DNA of 64,000 bases from Pseudomonadota bacterium. Its GTDB lineage: Bacteria; Desulfobacterota; Desulfovibrionia; Desulfovibrionales; Desulfovibrionaceae. A model generated the notes under the pieces. That model searched no databases. It saw only the letters and a list, made by a program, of their open reading frames with translations, and was not told the origin of the DNA. Below, piece by piece: positions 26,293-36,554 of this stretch. The position numbers and the translations under genes were made by a program. Within the stretch, counting starts at the first letter, position 1; the number at the start of each line of letters is the position of its first letter. The stretch is taken from the NCBI GenBank assembly GCA_018816865.1, contig JAHIUW010000023.1, positions 1-64,000 of the forward strand, read 5' to 3'.

Positions 26293-26894
26293 GGCTCTGG
26301 CTTGCCACATGCTGTTTCCCCCTCGCCTGTGTCGAAGATGATTGCGTAGAAAAAATAAGTATCAGTAATAACTATCTAAGGTATCATACTGGTCAATAGT
26401 TTGAATTGCAAAAGGTTTGGGCCTTGCTCAAACTCATGCACCTGAATCAAGGGGCTGCATTCTTGAATTCTCAGCAGTGACAAGCTTGTTGATGATGAGC
26501 TGGGCCAAACTTGGTGGTGGGAAGAATTGCCGGGAGAAGACAGGGGGGCAGGCCAAAAACAATGCCGGGGAGCGGACTCTCTGGCTTTTTCCATGACATC
26601 GGAGGAGATCACAGGATTTGTCGGCGCTGCTGATGGGCAGGTGGTCCTCGGCCCGGTTCTGCTGCAGTTCGTCGCGAGAGGTCCTTGCCCGAACGGGCAG
26701 GTCAGAACAGGAAAAACTCTATTTTTGATTTTAAGAGAGCGTGGATTGTCAGTCTTGAGAACTGAGTGTTTGTATCTTTCACAGCGACTTACGGATTGCA
26801 AAGCATATGAAAAGTGGCTAAATATCAAACCACCTATCATGGACGGGGCTGACTGGATCGCGGGTCATCGTGAACAGTACGAGGGGGGGGCAGC

Positions 26895-27485
26895 TTGGGG
26901 TATCTCATCATTTTCATCACCAGTTTTCTGGTGTTTTTGGCCATGAATTTTCTGTCGTTCGACGGAGGGGATGGCGATGTGTCGGACCCCGGGGACGATC
27001 CAGGGGCTGATGTCGCCGACCTGGCCGACGGCGGCGATGATCTGGACGTCACCGAACCGAGCTCCTCGTCCGGGGGGCTTTTCCAATACCTCACCTTTCG
27101 CAACTGCATCAATTTCTTGATCGGCTTCGGTGCAGCGGGATATCTGGCGCAACGCGCGGAGTTGCATCCGGCGTTGGCCGCAAATTGCGGCCTTCTGGGC
27201 GGCACCGTGTCCGCCGTTTTGATGTACAAGCTGATGGCTGCCTTTCACCAGTTGTCCGAAGAACAGCTGGCCGACGGGCGTGAGGCCCTGGGGCAGTTGG
27301 GCCGCGTCTACATCGAGATCGGGGCCAACCGCTCCTGTCGCGGCAAGGTCCTGGTCACCGTGATGAGCGCCCAACGCGAATACCCGGCTGTCACAGACAG
27401 TCCCAGTCCCCTCAAGCTCAACTCCATGGTGCGTATCCTGGACTATGAGGGCGGTTGTTTTGTGGTGGCCCCCGCAGAGGAATGA
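26895..27485 (+). CDS. NfeD-like membrane protein (short form) with a C-terminal OB-fold.
   Basis: Two N-terminal TM helices, an acidic linker, and a C-terminal beta/OB region (GRVYIEIGANRSCRGKVLVTV...VRILDYEGGCFVV). Confidence 0.7.
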   Translation: MGYLIIFITSFLVFLAMNFLSFDGGDGDVSDPGDDPGADVADLADGGDDLDVTEPSSSSGGLFQYLTFRNCINFLIGFGAAGYLAQRAELHPALAANCGLLGGTVSAVLMYKLMAAFHQLSEEQLADGREALGQLGRVYIEIGANRSCRGKVLVTVMSAQREYPAVTDSPSPLKLNSMVRILDYEGGCFVVAPAEE

Positions 27486-27653
27486 TTCGAATCCGCGAAC
27501 CCTTCAATCAATGGCATTGATGGTCCCGTAGCAAGGGCATGGCTGCATTCCTGGGGTGGAACCGGATGGCTCCCCGCCAGCTGGAATGATCCGTACGAAA
27601 GCCCTTCTGAAACCAGCGCCGGGTAACGAAACATACTACCACAGGAGTTCCCA

Positions 27654-29237
27654 ATGTATATCGGATCACTCTTCACCAACATCTCTCTGTTTATTGCGCT
27701 GATCATCATCATTGGCTTTGCGACGTTCATGTCGCTGATAAAATTCTATAAACGCTGCCCCCCTGACAAGATCCTGGTTGTTTTCGGCCGCATGGGCCGG
27801 ACGGCCGATGGGCAAAGCAAGAGCGCCAAGTGCGTCCATGGCGGGGCGACTTTCGTCATTCCCGTCCTGCAGGATTATCGCTTTCTGGACCTGACCCCGC
27901 TGACCATCGACATCGATTTGAGAAGCGCCCTTTCCAGAGAGAATATCCGGGTCAACGCGCCATCCACCTTCACGGTGGGCATCTCCTCCTCTCCCACCGT
28001 GATGAACAATGCCGCAGAGCGACTGCTCGACCTCAGCATGGAGGAGATCGAGAAAACGGCCTCGGACATCATCTTCGGGCAGTTCAGGGCGACCATCGCC
28101 ACCATGAAAATCGAAGAGATCAACGCCGACCGCGAGATGTTCCAGAAGACCGTCATGGAGAACGTCGAAGACGAGCTGGCCAAGATCGGTTTGAGACTCA
28201 TCAACGTGAACATCAAGGACGTCACGGACGAAAGCGGCTACCTGGAGGCCCTGGGCAAACGGGCGGCGGCCGAGGCCATCAACAAGGCCAAGGTCGAGGT
28301 GGCTGAACAGGAGCGCAACGGTTCGGTGGGTGAGGCCATGGCCGTGAAAGAGCGCGACATCAGCGTTGCCGAAGCCTCGCGTGATACTCGCAAGGCCAGG
28401 GCCATGGCCGATGCCGAGGCCGTGAAGGGCGAGCGCGAGGCAAAGGCCATCGAGGCGGATGCCCAAGGTGCCTTGCGTGTGCGCGAGGCCGCTGCGGCTG
28501 CCCACGCCGTCAAGGGTGAAAAGGAATCCATGCAGATCGAAGCCGCCGCCGAAAGCGCCTTGCGCATCAAGCGCGCCGAGGTGGATTCCGATGCGGCCAA
28601 GGCCGAGCGCATCCGCATGGCCCAGGCGACCACCGAGGCCCTGCAGGCAGAAAAAATTACCGAAGAAGCACGCAAGGATCGCGAGGTTGCCGCCCAGTTG
28701 GCGAGCACAATCCCGACTGCCGAGGCCGCCAAGCAGGAGCTGGTCATCCAGTCCGAAGCGCAAAAAATGCAGCGGGTGATCGGTGCCGAGGCAGAGAAGG
28801 AAGCGGCCCAGCGGCGCGGCGAAGGCGCAGGCCTGGAGATTCGGGCGCGCATGGAGAACGAGGCCAAGGGTCTTGAAGCCCTGCTGAGTGCACAGGCCGA
28901 TGGTCTGGGCAAGATCGTCTCCGCCGCTGGCGGTGATGCGGGCAAGGCCTTCATGCTGATGATGGCCGACAAGATGCCCGAGCTTTTCAAGCTGCAAAGC
29001 GATGCCCTGCAGAACCTGCGCATCGACAAGGTCCTGGTCATGGATGGCGGCTCCGGCGCAGGTGTCTCCAAATTCGTGCAGGGCTTTGCCCAGGCCTTGC
29101 CCTTTGCGCACGAGATCGCGAAATTGGGCGGCGTGAAATTGCCGGGTCTGTTCATGGGTGACGACCCTTGCGAGGAGGAGTGCGTTGTCGACAAGGACGC
29201 GCAGGAAGCGACGGGCGAGGCCGAGGGCGGCAAGTAA
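27654..29237 (+). CDS. Flotillin-like SPFH/band-7 protein (FloT/YuaG/YqiK-type).
   Basis: N-terminal membrane anchor, SPFH domain, long Ala/Glu-rich coiled coil; paired with the upstream NfeD gene. Confidence 0.85.
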   Translation: MYIGSLFTNISLFIALIIIIGFATFMSLIKFYKRCPPDKILVVFGRMGRTADGQSKSAKCVHGGATFVIPVLQDYRFLDLTPLTIDIDLRSALSRENIRVNAPSTFTVGISSSPTVMNNAAERLLDLSMEEIEKTASDIIFGQFRATIATMKIEEINADREMFQKTVMENVEDELAKIGLRLINVNIKDVTDESGYLEALGKRAAAEAINKAKVEVAEQERNGSVGEAMAVKERDISVAEASRDTRKARAMADAEAVKGEREAKAIEADAQGALRVREAAAAAHAVKGEKESMQIEAAAESALRIKRAEVDSDAAKAERIRMAQATTEALQAEKITEEARKDREVAAQLASTIPTAEAAKQELVIQSEAQKMQRVIGAEAEKEAAQRRGEGAGLEIRARMENEAKGLEALLSAQADGLGKIVSAAGGDAGKAFMLMMADKMPELFKLQSDALQNLRIDKVLVMDGGSGAGVSKFVQGFAQALPFAHEIAKLGGVKLPGLFMGDDPCEEECVVDKDAQEATGEAEGGK

Positions 29238-29351
29238 CGCACCCCGGCCCTCACGCTGTTCGGCCCTCTGGGCGACACATTGGGCGACAGCCCGACGGGC
29301 ACACAGGCCGACACCCTGGTCGGCAATGATGCCTTCAGGACGCAGAATAAG

Positions 29352-29383
29352 AAACGGGTTGCAGCAGACGCTGCAACCCGTTT
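29352..29383. terminator. Bidirectional intrinsic terminator between the convergent flotillin and radical-SAM genes.
   Basis: AAACGGGTTGCAGC-agac-GCTGCAACCCGTTT: perfect 11-bp stem with A/T tracts on both sides. Confidence 0.8.
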
Positions 29384-29482
29384 CATCTCGTTCCCTGTTC
29401 AGGAAAATTTCTGAATCTCCATGCCACCCAATCCAATGTCCCTTGTCCGGTTTTTCAGCTGTGGCAGGCGGTTGAGGCTGTC

Positions 29483-30499
29483 CTATTCTCCATAGGTCTG
29501 GGGCGGGGCAAGCTGCTCCGGGAAAGATGCGCGCAAGGCCTTGCGGGTCAGGTAGCAGAGGTGGCAGGCGTCCACATAGCCCTGGGCAAAGCCGTGCTCG
29601 CGGTCCAGGCCGTGCTCGCGGTCCAGGCCGTGCTCCTGGGCCAAAGCCGCCGGGCCTCCGCGCAGCAGGGGACCGCAGATCGGGTGCTCCTCCGGGACAT
29701 AGGCGGCCATGATCTCGGTCAGAGGGCGTTCCCAGACATTGCCGATGCAGATGCCCTGGCAGAGGTGCACGAAGCCCAGGGCGTCGATGTGCACGCGCCC
29801 TGGCGCGGCAAAGTCCTCATCCGGGCACTGGCCGAAGCTCTGCCAGTCGGTCAGGGGCAGTCCGCCCGTGAGCTTGTCCACGGCCCGCCCCCGGAAGCGG
29901 ACGTCGCCCCCGACAATGGGCGCGCCCTTCTCCCTGCCCTGGGCAGACGCTTCGGTCACGCAGGGTGGGTCGATGCGAAAGGCATGATTCTGCATCTGCA
30001 GTTCTTGGGCAGCTTGCAGTGCGGCCTTGGCCGGGGAAGGGGTCGCGTCACCGTGATGGAACTCGTCGTCACTGACGTTCAGGATGGTCAACCCGGCCTG
30101 GACCAGCGGTTCCAGCCAGACCTTGGCGTCCTCGCTGTCCTGCGCCCAGTAGCCGTTGCTGATCACCTCGACCTCGAAGCCGAGCTTGTGGGCATATTCG
30201 ATGCCGCGCAGCATGGTGGGGTAGAACAGAAAAGGCTCCCCGCCCTCGATGGAGATGCGACGTACGGTCGTCAGCTCCGCGGCCTGGTCCAGCAGGCGCG
30301 TGAGCTGCGCGAGGGTAAAGGTGCCCTGCGAGCCGGGCGAACAGTGCAGAAAGCAGTGGTCGCACTGATAAAGGCATGTGTAGCTTAAGAGTATGTGTAC
30401 ACCGGTTAGCATGGATATGCCATAACCGATGGTCGGAGCGGATGCAAGGGGGGAGGGGGAAGAGTGAGACGCAGTGTTCTTGCCCAGCGCGGAGTTCAC
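29483..30499 (-). CDS. Radical SAM domain protein. Alternative start at 30412.
   Basis: CLYQCDHC (CxxxCxxC); Gly-rich SAM-binding stretch ISIEGGEPFL. Confidence 0.7.
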   Translation of the reverse strand: MNSALGKNTASHSSPSPLASAPTIGYGISMLTGVHILLSYTCLYQCDHCFLHCSPGSQGTFTLAQLTRLLDQAAELTTVRRISIEGGEPFLFYPTMLRGIEYAHKLGFEVEVISNGYWAQDSEDAKVWLEPLVQAGLTILNVSDDEFHHGDATPSPAKAALQAAQELQMQNHAFRIDPPCVTEASAQGREKGAPIVGGDVRFRGRAVDKLTGGLPLTDWQSFGQCPDEDFAAPGRVHIDALGFVHLCQGICIGNVWERPLTEIMAAYVPEEHPICGPLLRGGPAALAQEHGLDREHGLDREHGFAQGYVDACHLCYLTRKALRASFPEQLAPPQTYGE

Positions 30500-30589
30500 T
30501 GAAGGTGGTCGGAAAAAGGGCGTGGGTGTCGCTTATGAAGCAACCCACACCCTGTTGTGACATATCCATCTGGAATTCTGTCGGAAACT

Positions 30590-32104
30590 CTACTCCACCC
30601 AGTCAAAGGTCCGTTGCACGGCCTTTTGCCAGCCGTGGCAGGCCGCGGCACGGGCCTCGGCCTCCATGGCCGGTTGCCAGGTGCGATCCTCGGCCCAGTT
30701 CTGCCTGAGTTCGTCCAGCCCGCCCCAATAGCCCACGGCCAGCCCGGCGGCATAGGCCGCGCCCAGGCAGGTGGTCTCCGAGACCTTGGGCCGGATCACC
30801 GGCACGTCCAGAATGTCGGCCTGGAACTGCATCAGCAGGTTGTTGGCCACCATGCCGCCGTCCACCTTGAGGCTGGTCAGGTCTGTGCCCGAGTCGCGGT
30901 TCATGGCCTCAACGATGTCCCGGGTCTGGTAGGCGTTGGCCTCCAGCACGGCGCGGGCGATGTGGTTCTTGGTGGCGTAGCGGGTCAGGCCGCACATCAC
31001 CCCGCGGGCGTCGGGCCGCCAGTAGGGCGCGAACAGGCCCTGGAACGCGGGCACGATGTACACCCCGCCGTTGTCGCCCACCTTGGCGGCCAGCTCCTCC
31101 ACCTCCGCCGAACTCTGGATCAGGCCCAGATTGTCGCGCAACCACTGCACCAGGGCCCCGGCAATGGCGATGGAGCCCTCCAGGCAATAGCAGGGCTTCT
31201 GGCCGCTCATCTGGTAGGCCACGGTGGTGATCAGGCCCTGGGTGGAGGGCACGGGCGTGTTGCCGGTGTTCATCAGCAGGAAGCAGCCGGTGCCGTAAGT
31301 GTTCTTGGCCTGGCCCACGTCGAAGCAGGCCTGACCCACCAGGGCCGCCTGCTGGTCGCCGAGCGCCCCGCACACGGGCACCCGCGCCCCCAGCGGTCCG
31401 TCCTCCATGGTCGGGCCCCAGGATTCGCCGTCGGACGATGGCACGATGCGCGGCAAACAGTCGCGCGGGATGCCAAGCTCGCCCAGGATGGCGTTGTCCC
31501 AGGTCAGGGTCGCCAGGTCCATGAGCATGGTCCGGCTGGCGTTGGTCACGTCGGTCACGTGCGCGCCGCCCTTGGGCCCGCCGGTCAGCCACCAGATGAT
31601 CCAGGTCTCCATGGTGCCGACAATGGCCGTGCCGTCGGCCACGGCGTGGGCCGCCTCGGGCACGTTGTCCAGAATCCATTTGATTTTTGGGCCGCTGAAA
31701 TAAGTGGCCACGGGCAGGCCCGTGGTGGCGCGGAAGCGGTCCTGCCCGCCGTTGGCGATGAGCTGTTTGCAGATCTCGTGGGTGCGAGTGCACTGCCAGA
31801 CGATGGCGTTGTAGAAGGGCTTGCCCGTGCGGCGGTCCCAGATCACGGTGGTCTCGCGCTGGTTGGTGATGCCGATGGCCGCCAGGTCCGAGCCTTTGAG
31901 GCCCGCCTTGCGCAATGCACCCTGGATGACCTCGCCGGTGTTCTTCCAGATCTCCATGGGGTCGTGCTCGACCCAGCCGGGCTTGGGGAAGATCTGCTTG
32001 TGTTCCTTCTGGTCCACGGCCTTGATGCGGCCCTTCTTGTCGAAGATGATGAAGCGGCTGCTGGTGGTGCCCTGGTCCACCGCGCCGATGTACTGCTGTG
32101 CCAT
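30590..32104 (-). CDS. glpK: Glycerol kinase.
   Basis: Full-length FGGY kinase with hallmark motifs ([32 protein letters not shown]). Confidence 0.95.
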   Translation of the reverse strand: MAQQYIGAVDQGTTSSRFIIFDKKGRIKAVDQKEHKQIFPKPGWVEHDPMEIWKNTGEVIQGALRKAGLKGSDLAAIGITNQRETTVIWDRRTGKPFYNAIVWQCTRTHEICKQLIANGGQDRFRATTGLPVATYFSGPKIKWILDNVPEAAHAVADGTAIVGTMETWIIWWLTGGPKGGAHVTDVTNASRTMLMDLATLTWDNAILGELGIPRDCLPRIVPSSDGESWGPTMEDGPLGARVPVCGALGDQQAALVGQACFDVGQAKNTYGTGCFLLMNTGNTPVPSTQGLITTVAYQMSGQKPCYCLEGSIAIAGALVQWLRDNLGLIQSSAEVEELAAKVGDNGGVYIVPAFQGLFAPYWRPDARGVMCGLTRYATKNHIARAVLEANAYQTRDIVEAMNRDSGTDLTSLKVDGGMVANNLLMQFQADILDVPVIRPKVSETTCLGAAYAAGLAVGYWGGLDELRQNWAEDRTWQPAMEAEARAAACHGWQKAVQRTFDWVE

Positions 32105-32212
32105 GTCTTTTCTCCTCATCAATCTGGGGATTGCTCTGTCACTTCGTGGGGTTAGGGGTGCGTTGCCCACCGCTTCTGATTTGTGGCGCCCTGCCCGGGC
32201 CTGGGATTTGGT

Positions 32213-33229
32213 TCATCCTTCATGCCCCAAGGACGAGGGATGGACAAGGGGGGCGGGCAGTTCGGTCAACCCCAACTCCTCGGGCGAGAGTCCGATGCCC
32301 AGGCCGATGAGCTGCGCCGCCAGCATCGCCGGGGGCATGGCTCCTTGTGGCTGGTCTTCGGCCAGTTGCGTGGCTGCAGAAGGCCAGGGTCGTGCGCCGG
32401 GTTGGTCATCGTTGGCGTCAACAGTGGGGCTGCCCTGAGCCTGTGTATCGCGTGCTTCAGGAGCCGTGACCTGTTGTGCGATCGCCGTGTCGAGGGGCGG
32501 GCTGGTCTGGTTCTCATCCTGTTGCGCGAACTGCATCTGGCAATAGGTGCAGGCCGTGACCAGCAAGTGCGCCCCGGCGTCGCGGGCATCAATCAGCTTG
32601 CGGGCCTTCAGGGCCAGGGAGAGCTTGTCGCGCTTGCCGCGCAGCGGGTGCCCGCAGCATTCCAGGCGCAGGGCCCAGGGCACGGGCATGGCCCCCACCC
32701 GGCGCAGCAGGCGCTCGAAGACGCTGGGGTTCAGGGGGTCGTCGAAATTCGTGACATTGCCCGGGCGCAGAGCATGGCAGCCGTAATGTGCGGCCACGCG
32801 CAATCCGCAGAGCCGTTCCCCGGCGCGGGCCGCCAGTTCGTCGGGCTGCAGGTCCCGGTCCAGGACCGTGAGCAGGTGCAGGACCTGCGGCTCCTCGGGC
32901 AGGACCAGACCTTCCTCGGCCAGGGTCGAGGCCACCAGGGAGCGCAACTCGCGGTTTTCGCGCAGCCAGTAGGCCGCGTGCTTCAAGGACCCGAAACAGC
33001 ACTTGCAGGGGGTCATGATGGCCAGTCCGGCTTGCTGGGCCAGGGCCAGATTGCGCCCGGCGGACTGGGCCCAGGCCTCGAAACTGCGGTGGCGCAGTGG
33101 CTCGCCGCAGCAGTTGAACTCCAGGGGTGTCAGCCCGATGTCCAGGGCCGCGCACAGGGCGGTCACGGCCTGACCGTAGGCGGGCAGATGGTGGGGGATC
33201 TTGCAGCCCGGAAAATAGGCGTAGCTCAT
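32213..33229 (-). CDS. CCG-domain (HdrB/GlpC C-terminal-like) cysteine-rich protein. Start at MSYAYFPGC.
   Basis: Two CCG domains: YFPGC...NCCGEP and HYGCH...ECCGHP. Confidence 0.8.
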   Translation of the reverse strand: MSYAYFPGCKIPHHLPAYGQAVTALCAALDIGLTPLEFNCCGEPLRHRSFEAWAQSAGRNLALAQQAGLAIMTPCKCCFGSLKHAAYWLRENRELRSLVASTLAEEGLVLPEEPQVLHLLTVLDRDLQPDELAARAGERLCGLRVAAHYGCHALRPGNVTNFDDPLNPSVFERLLRRVGAMPVPWALRLECCGHPLRGKRDKLSLALKARKLIDARDAGAHLLVTACTYCQMQFAQQDENQTSPPLDTAIAQQVTAPEARDTQAQGSPTVDANDDQPGARPWPSAATQLAEDQPQGAMPPAMLAAQLIGLGIGLSPEELGLTELPAPLVHPSSLGHEG

Positions 33230-35118
33230 GCCTCGTCCCCCTTGGTTTCGGGCTCGGGTTGGGTCCCGGCAAGGGTGCTGGGCATCGGCTGGATCGTCGG
33301 CGCATCTGCGGTTCGGGACATGGCTCTGGCTGCGTGGTCCCCTCTGGCAGCGGACCACGCATCGCGCCCGGTTTCAACGCTGCGCTCACCCCCGGTTGCA
33401 TGTCCGGTCCCGGCTGTCGCTCCGGTCTCGGCCCAGGCCTCGGGGTGTTCGCGCAGCCGCGCCCAGGCCAGGGTGCGCAGCTCGTAGAGCACGTCGGCCA
33501 CACGCACGCCCTGGGGGCAATTTTCCTGGCACTTGTAGCAGGTCACGCAGCTCCAGACCATTTCCGCGCCCAGGGCCTCTTCCTTCAGGCCCATGCGCAG
33601 CATGTTCATGATCTGTTGCGGGGTCAGGTCCAGCTCGCGGGCCGGGGCCTGGCTGGCGGCCACCACCGGGCAGACGCTGGTGCAGGTGGTGCACTGGATG
33701 CAGCCCCAGAACGAGGCGCGGTTGTCGCAGAGCTTCACGCTGCGCGCGGCCTCGACCCTGGCCGGGGGCAGGCTGCGGAAGGTCGCGGCCCAGTCGCGCA
33801 GGGGACGCTGGGCGAGAACCAGGTGGGGCTCGCCCGGGCCGGTCTCGCGCAGCCGGGTCCTGGACTGCATCCATAGGTCCTGAAGATCGATGCCCGAGGG
33901 GCAGAGGGTGGTGCAGCGTAGGCATTCGGTGCAGATCTGGCTGCCCTCGGCAAAGGCCCGTAGGGCCGGGCCACGCAGCCGGGCGGCGGCGTGACGCTTG
34001 AGGGAAGAAAGCTTTTCCGAGGGCAGGATGTCCGGCGTGCCCAGGGCCAGGAAGGCCGGGGCCACGGAACAGTGTTCGCTGCAGGCCCCGCAGTGGGTGC
34101 AGGCGTCCAGGCCCAGGGGCCGCAGCACCGCGGCCAGGGCCGGGGGCTTCGTGCCTGTGTCGCTGCTGGTCCTGCCCTGGCGCAGGGTCAGGTTGAGCGG
34201 GGCGGACAAGGGGTGCATGAACTTGCCCCAGGGCAGCAGCGCCAGCCCCAGAAAGCACAGGCCCACGTGCAGATAGTAGAAAAGCAGGTCCGCGCGCAGA
34301 TTGTTCAGGGCGTCGCCCAGCGGGGCCATGGTCTTGGCCAGGGGGTAGGACACAAAGGCCGAGGTGGGCCGCGAATGGCAGTAGACGCAGCTGCCCTCGT
34401 GGGCCTCGCGTCCTTGGGCCAAGGCCTCGTCCGAGTGCGGCGGCGGCATGAGGAAGATCACCCCGTATTCTTCGGACCACAGCAGGCGCAGGTCGTTGAT
34501 TTCGGCCTCGTCGTCCGTGCCCAGGTACTGCTCGACCATGGAGTCGAAGACCTGGGGCGAGATGATCTTCGCGGCCTCCAGGCCCAATCCCGAGATCATG
34601 ATCCCGCCCAGCAGCGCGATCAGCGCCCAGTCCTGGGCGCCCGTGGTGCGCCTGACCCGGGGCAGCATCCTGCGTCGCCACACGGCCACAGCCAGCCCTC
34701 CCAGGGTCAGGACGCCGAACAGGTTGCGTAACCACTGGTAGGGATCAAGGGCCGGGGCGTAGCCCGCGAACCAGCGCTCGCTGGTCAGTTCGTCCAGGCC
34801 GTGCATGATCAGCAGGCCCATGAACCCGGCGAAGATGGCCAGATGCATCAGCCAGCGCTCCACGCCGTTACCCGCGATACGCCGTTGCAGCAGTCCGTCC
34901 ATGACCAGGGCGCGGCCCCAGCGAGCGGCGCGGTGCGGCGCAAGATTGCGCACCAGGCTTCGGGCCAGGGCGCTGAGTCGAGCGGCCATGCCTGGAGGCG
35001 GTCCCGGGGCGATGGTCAGCCGCAGCCAGGACAGGGCTTTGGCACCCAGACCCAGGCCCAGAGCCGTCAGGGACAGCGCAAGCCCCGTGTCGAAGAAGTC
35101 CATGCCGCCCCAGATCAT
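33226..35118 (-). CDS. Membrane-anchored Fe-S oxidoreductase: an HdrE/NarI-like polytopic N-terminus fused to a 2x[4Fe-4S] ferredoxin domain (HdrC/GlpC N-terminal-like).
   Basis: Five or six TM helices, then CTHCGACSEHC, CTECLRCTTLCP, CIQCTTCTSVCP and CVTCYKCQENCP; start overlaps the CCG-protein gene. Confidence 0.8.
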   Translation of the reverse strand: MIWGGMDFFDTGLALSLTALGLGLGAKALSWLRLTIAPGPPPGMAARLSALARSLVRNLAPHRAARWGRALVMDGLLQRRIAGNGVERWLMHLAIFAGFMGLLIMHGLDELTSERWFAGYAPALDPYQWLRNLFGVLTLGGLAVAVWRRRMLPRVRRTTGAQDWALIALLGGIMISGLGLEAAKIISPQVFDSMVEQYLGTDDEAEINDLRLLWSEEYGVIFLMPPPHSDEALAQGREAHEGSCVYCHSRPTSAFVSYPLAKTMAPLGDALNNLRADLLFYYLHVGLCFLGLALLPWGKFMHPLSAPLNLTLRQGRTSSDTGTKPPALAAVLRPLGLDACTHCGACSEHCSVAPAFLALGTPDILPSEKLSSLKRHAAARLRGPALRAFAEGSQICTECLRCTTLCPSGIDLQDLWMQSRTRLRETGPGEPHLVLAQRPLRDWAATFRSLPPARVEAARSVKLCDNRASFWGCIQCTTCTSVCPVVAASQAPARELDLTPQQIMNMLRMGLKEEALGAEMVWSCVTCYKCQENCPQGVRVADVLYELRTLAWARLREHPEAWAETGATAGTGHATGGERSVETGRDAWSAARGDHAARAMSRTADAPTIQPMPSTLAGTQPEPETKGDEA

Positions 35119-36554
35119 TTGCCGCTCCTGTTGGTACGGGCACTGATTATCTGGCTCTGAATCAAAAAACTATGGCTGTTCAGGCTCTGGCTCGATTCAC
35201 TGCCGTGCGGTGCAGTGCCGTCAGTTGGAATCTCTTCAGGGGTCGCCCGGCTTGGGGGCGCTGGTTTCACGGCGGTGGGCTTCAGGGCCTCCCGGGCCGA
35301 GGCCACGGCCTGGAAGGCCGTGGTGATGGCCAGCCCGGCCCCGCATTTCTGGCGCATCCAGTCCTGGTGGGCCAGGATGGACCCGGCCGCAAACAGTCGG
35401 GGATGCACGGCTTTGCCGTGGTCATTCAGCGGACGCAGGGCGTTGTCCGTCTCCACGCCCGTGTTGTTCAGTTCGTGTCCCCGGGGGTCGTAGAATTCCG
35501 GGCTATGCCAGGAGTCGCGCTTGCCGGGCTGGTACAGCGGAAGGTCGAAGACCGCCTCGCGCACCCGGCCCCGGTCGGCCACAAGCCCCTTGCCGAAGAA
35601 ACGGCCCGTGGCCAGGATCACCGCTTTGGCCTGGATCGTGGTCTCGATGCGCTCCTTGCCCAAACCGAGGCGAAAGCCGCCGTCGGGCAGGGGCTGTTGG
35701 GAGAGGACCATGCGCTGGGAATAGAGATGCACCCCGCGCCCGGGCAGGCCCCGGTCAAAGGCCGCGCGCAGCCGCGAACCGGCCAGGGACGGTGGCAGGG
35801 TGGGGATCTCGAAGACCCGCGCGCCCAGGAGGGTCTCCAGATCCGCGCGCACGACCTCGGCCTGTTCGCGGCCCAGCAGTGCCGGGAAACCGACGAATCG
35901 GGCCTCGGCCAGATGCGGGCGCACGGTATCGGCCAGGGCGCGGCGCAAGGCGGGTTCGTGCAGGGCCGTTGCCATGTGCTCGGGATACAGCTCCTCCTTC
36001 CAGCCGGGGAAGGGCACCCGCAGGGTTCGCAGCCCGGGCCAATCGGCCCCGGCCACCTCGCGGATCTGCACGGCGGAAAAGCCTTTCAGGCCCTGGAAGT
36101 CCACCAGCAGGCAGGGAGCCTTGCCGCTCAGGGCCTCGGCCCCGGCCCACATGGAGCGCGGGGCGCGGAAGGTGTGCTTGGCCGTGCCCATGGCCGTCAG
36201 GATGCGGGTGTTCTTCCTGGCGTGGCCCTCCATGGGCATGCCCATGTCGCCCAGAAAGGCGCAGAATTCGTCCATGGCCCGAGCCATGGTTCCGGAATCA
36301 AGGCGGGCATAGGGGTGCTGCGGGCTGTGCTCGCGCAGGGCCTCGATGCAGGCCCAGGGGTCGTCCCAGACGCGGCCTTCTTCCAGGGGATGCACGGCCA
36401 GGAGGTCGATCAACCCGGTGCTGAAGTCGATGCCGCCCACGGACCCGGCCAGGGCCACGGACAGCCCCCGGTTTGATGCGAAGAGAGCGGCGGCCATGCC
36501 CGCCATGCCCGCGCCCATGACCATCAGGTCGAAGGTGGTTTTGTCGCGGCTCAT
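35115..36554 (-). CDS. glpB: Anaerobic glycerol-3-phosphate dehydrogenase subunit B.
   Basis: FDLMVMGAGMAGMAAAL FAD motif plus GlpB-like overall sequence; coupled to glpA. Confidence 0.85.
   Translation of the reverse strand: MSRDKTTFDLMVMGAGMAGMAAALFASNRGLSVALAGSVGGIDFSTGLIDLLAVHPLEEGRVWDDPWACIEALREHSPQHPYARLDSGTMARAMDEFCAFLGDMGMPMEGHARKNTRILTAMGTAKHTFRAPRSMWAGAEALSGKAPCLLVDFQGLKGFSAVQIREVAGADWPGLRTLRVPFPGWKEELYPEHMATALHEPALRRALADTVRPHLAEARFVGFPALLGREQAEVVRADLETLLGARVFEIPTLPPSLAGSRLRAAFDRGLPGRGVHLYSQRMVLSQQPLPDGGFRLGLGKERIETTIQAKAVILATGRFFGKGLVADRGRVREAVFDLPLYQPGKRDSWHSPEFYDPRGHELNNTGVETDNALRPLNDHGKAVHPRLFAAGSILAHQDWMRQKCGAGLAITTAFQAVASAREALKPTAVKPAPPSRATPEEIPTDGTAPHGSESSQSLNSHSFLIQSQIISARTNRSGK

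Noticed and set aside
26390-26470. A possible sigma-54 -24/-12 promoter (TGGTCAATAGTTTGAATTGCA) upstream of the Mo-oxidoreductase operon.
   Set aside because: The GG to GC spacing is 15 nt rather than 10, and the orientation points toward nfeD rather than the minus-strand operon.
33386-34735. A 449-aa minus-strand ORF and other large ORFs overlapping the membrane Fe-S gene and glpA/glpB.
   Set aside because: They are alternative frames of GC-rich genes with Arg/Pro/Gly-rich translations. The called frames carry clear ferredoxin, CCG and FAD motifs.
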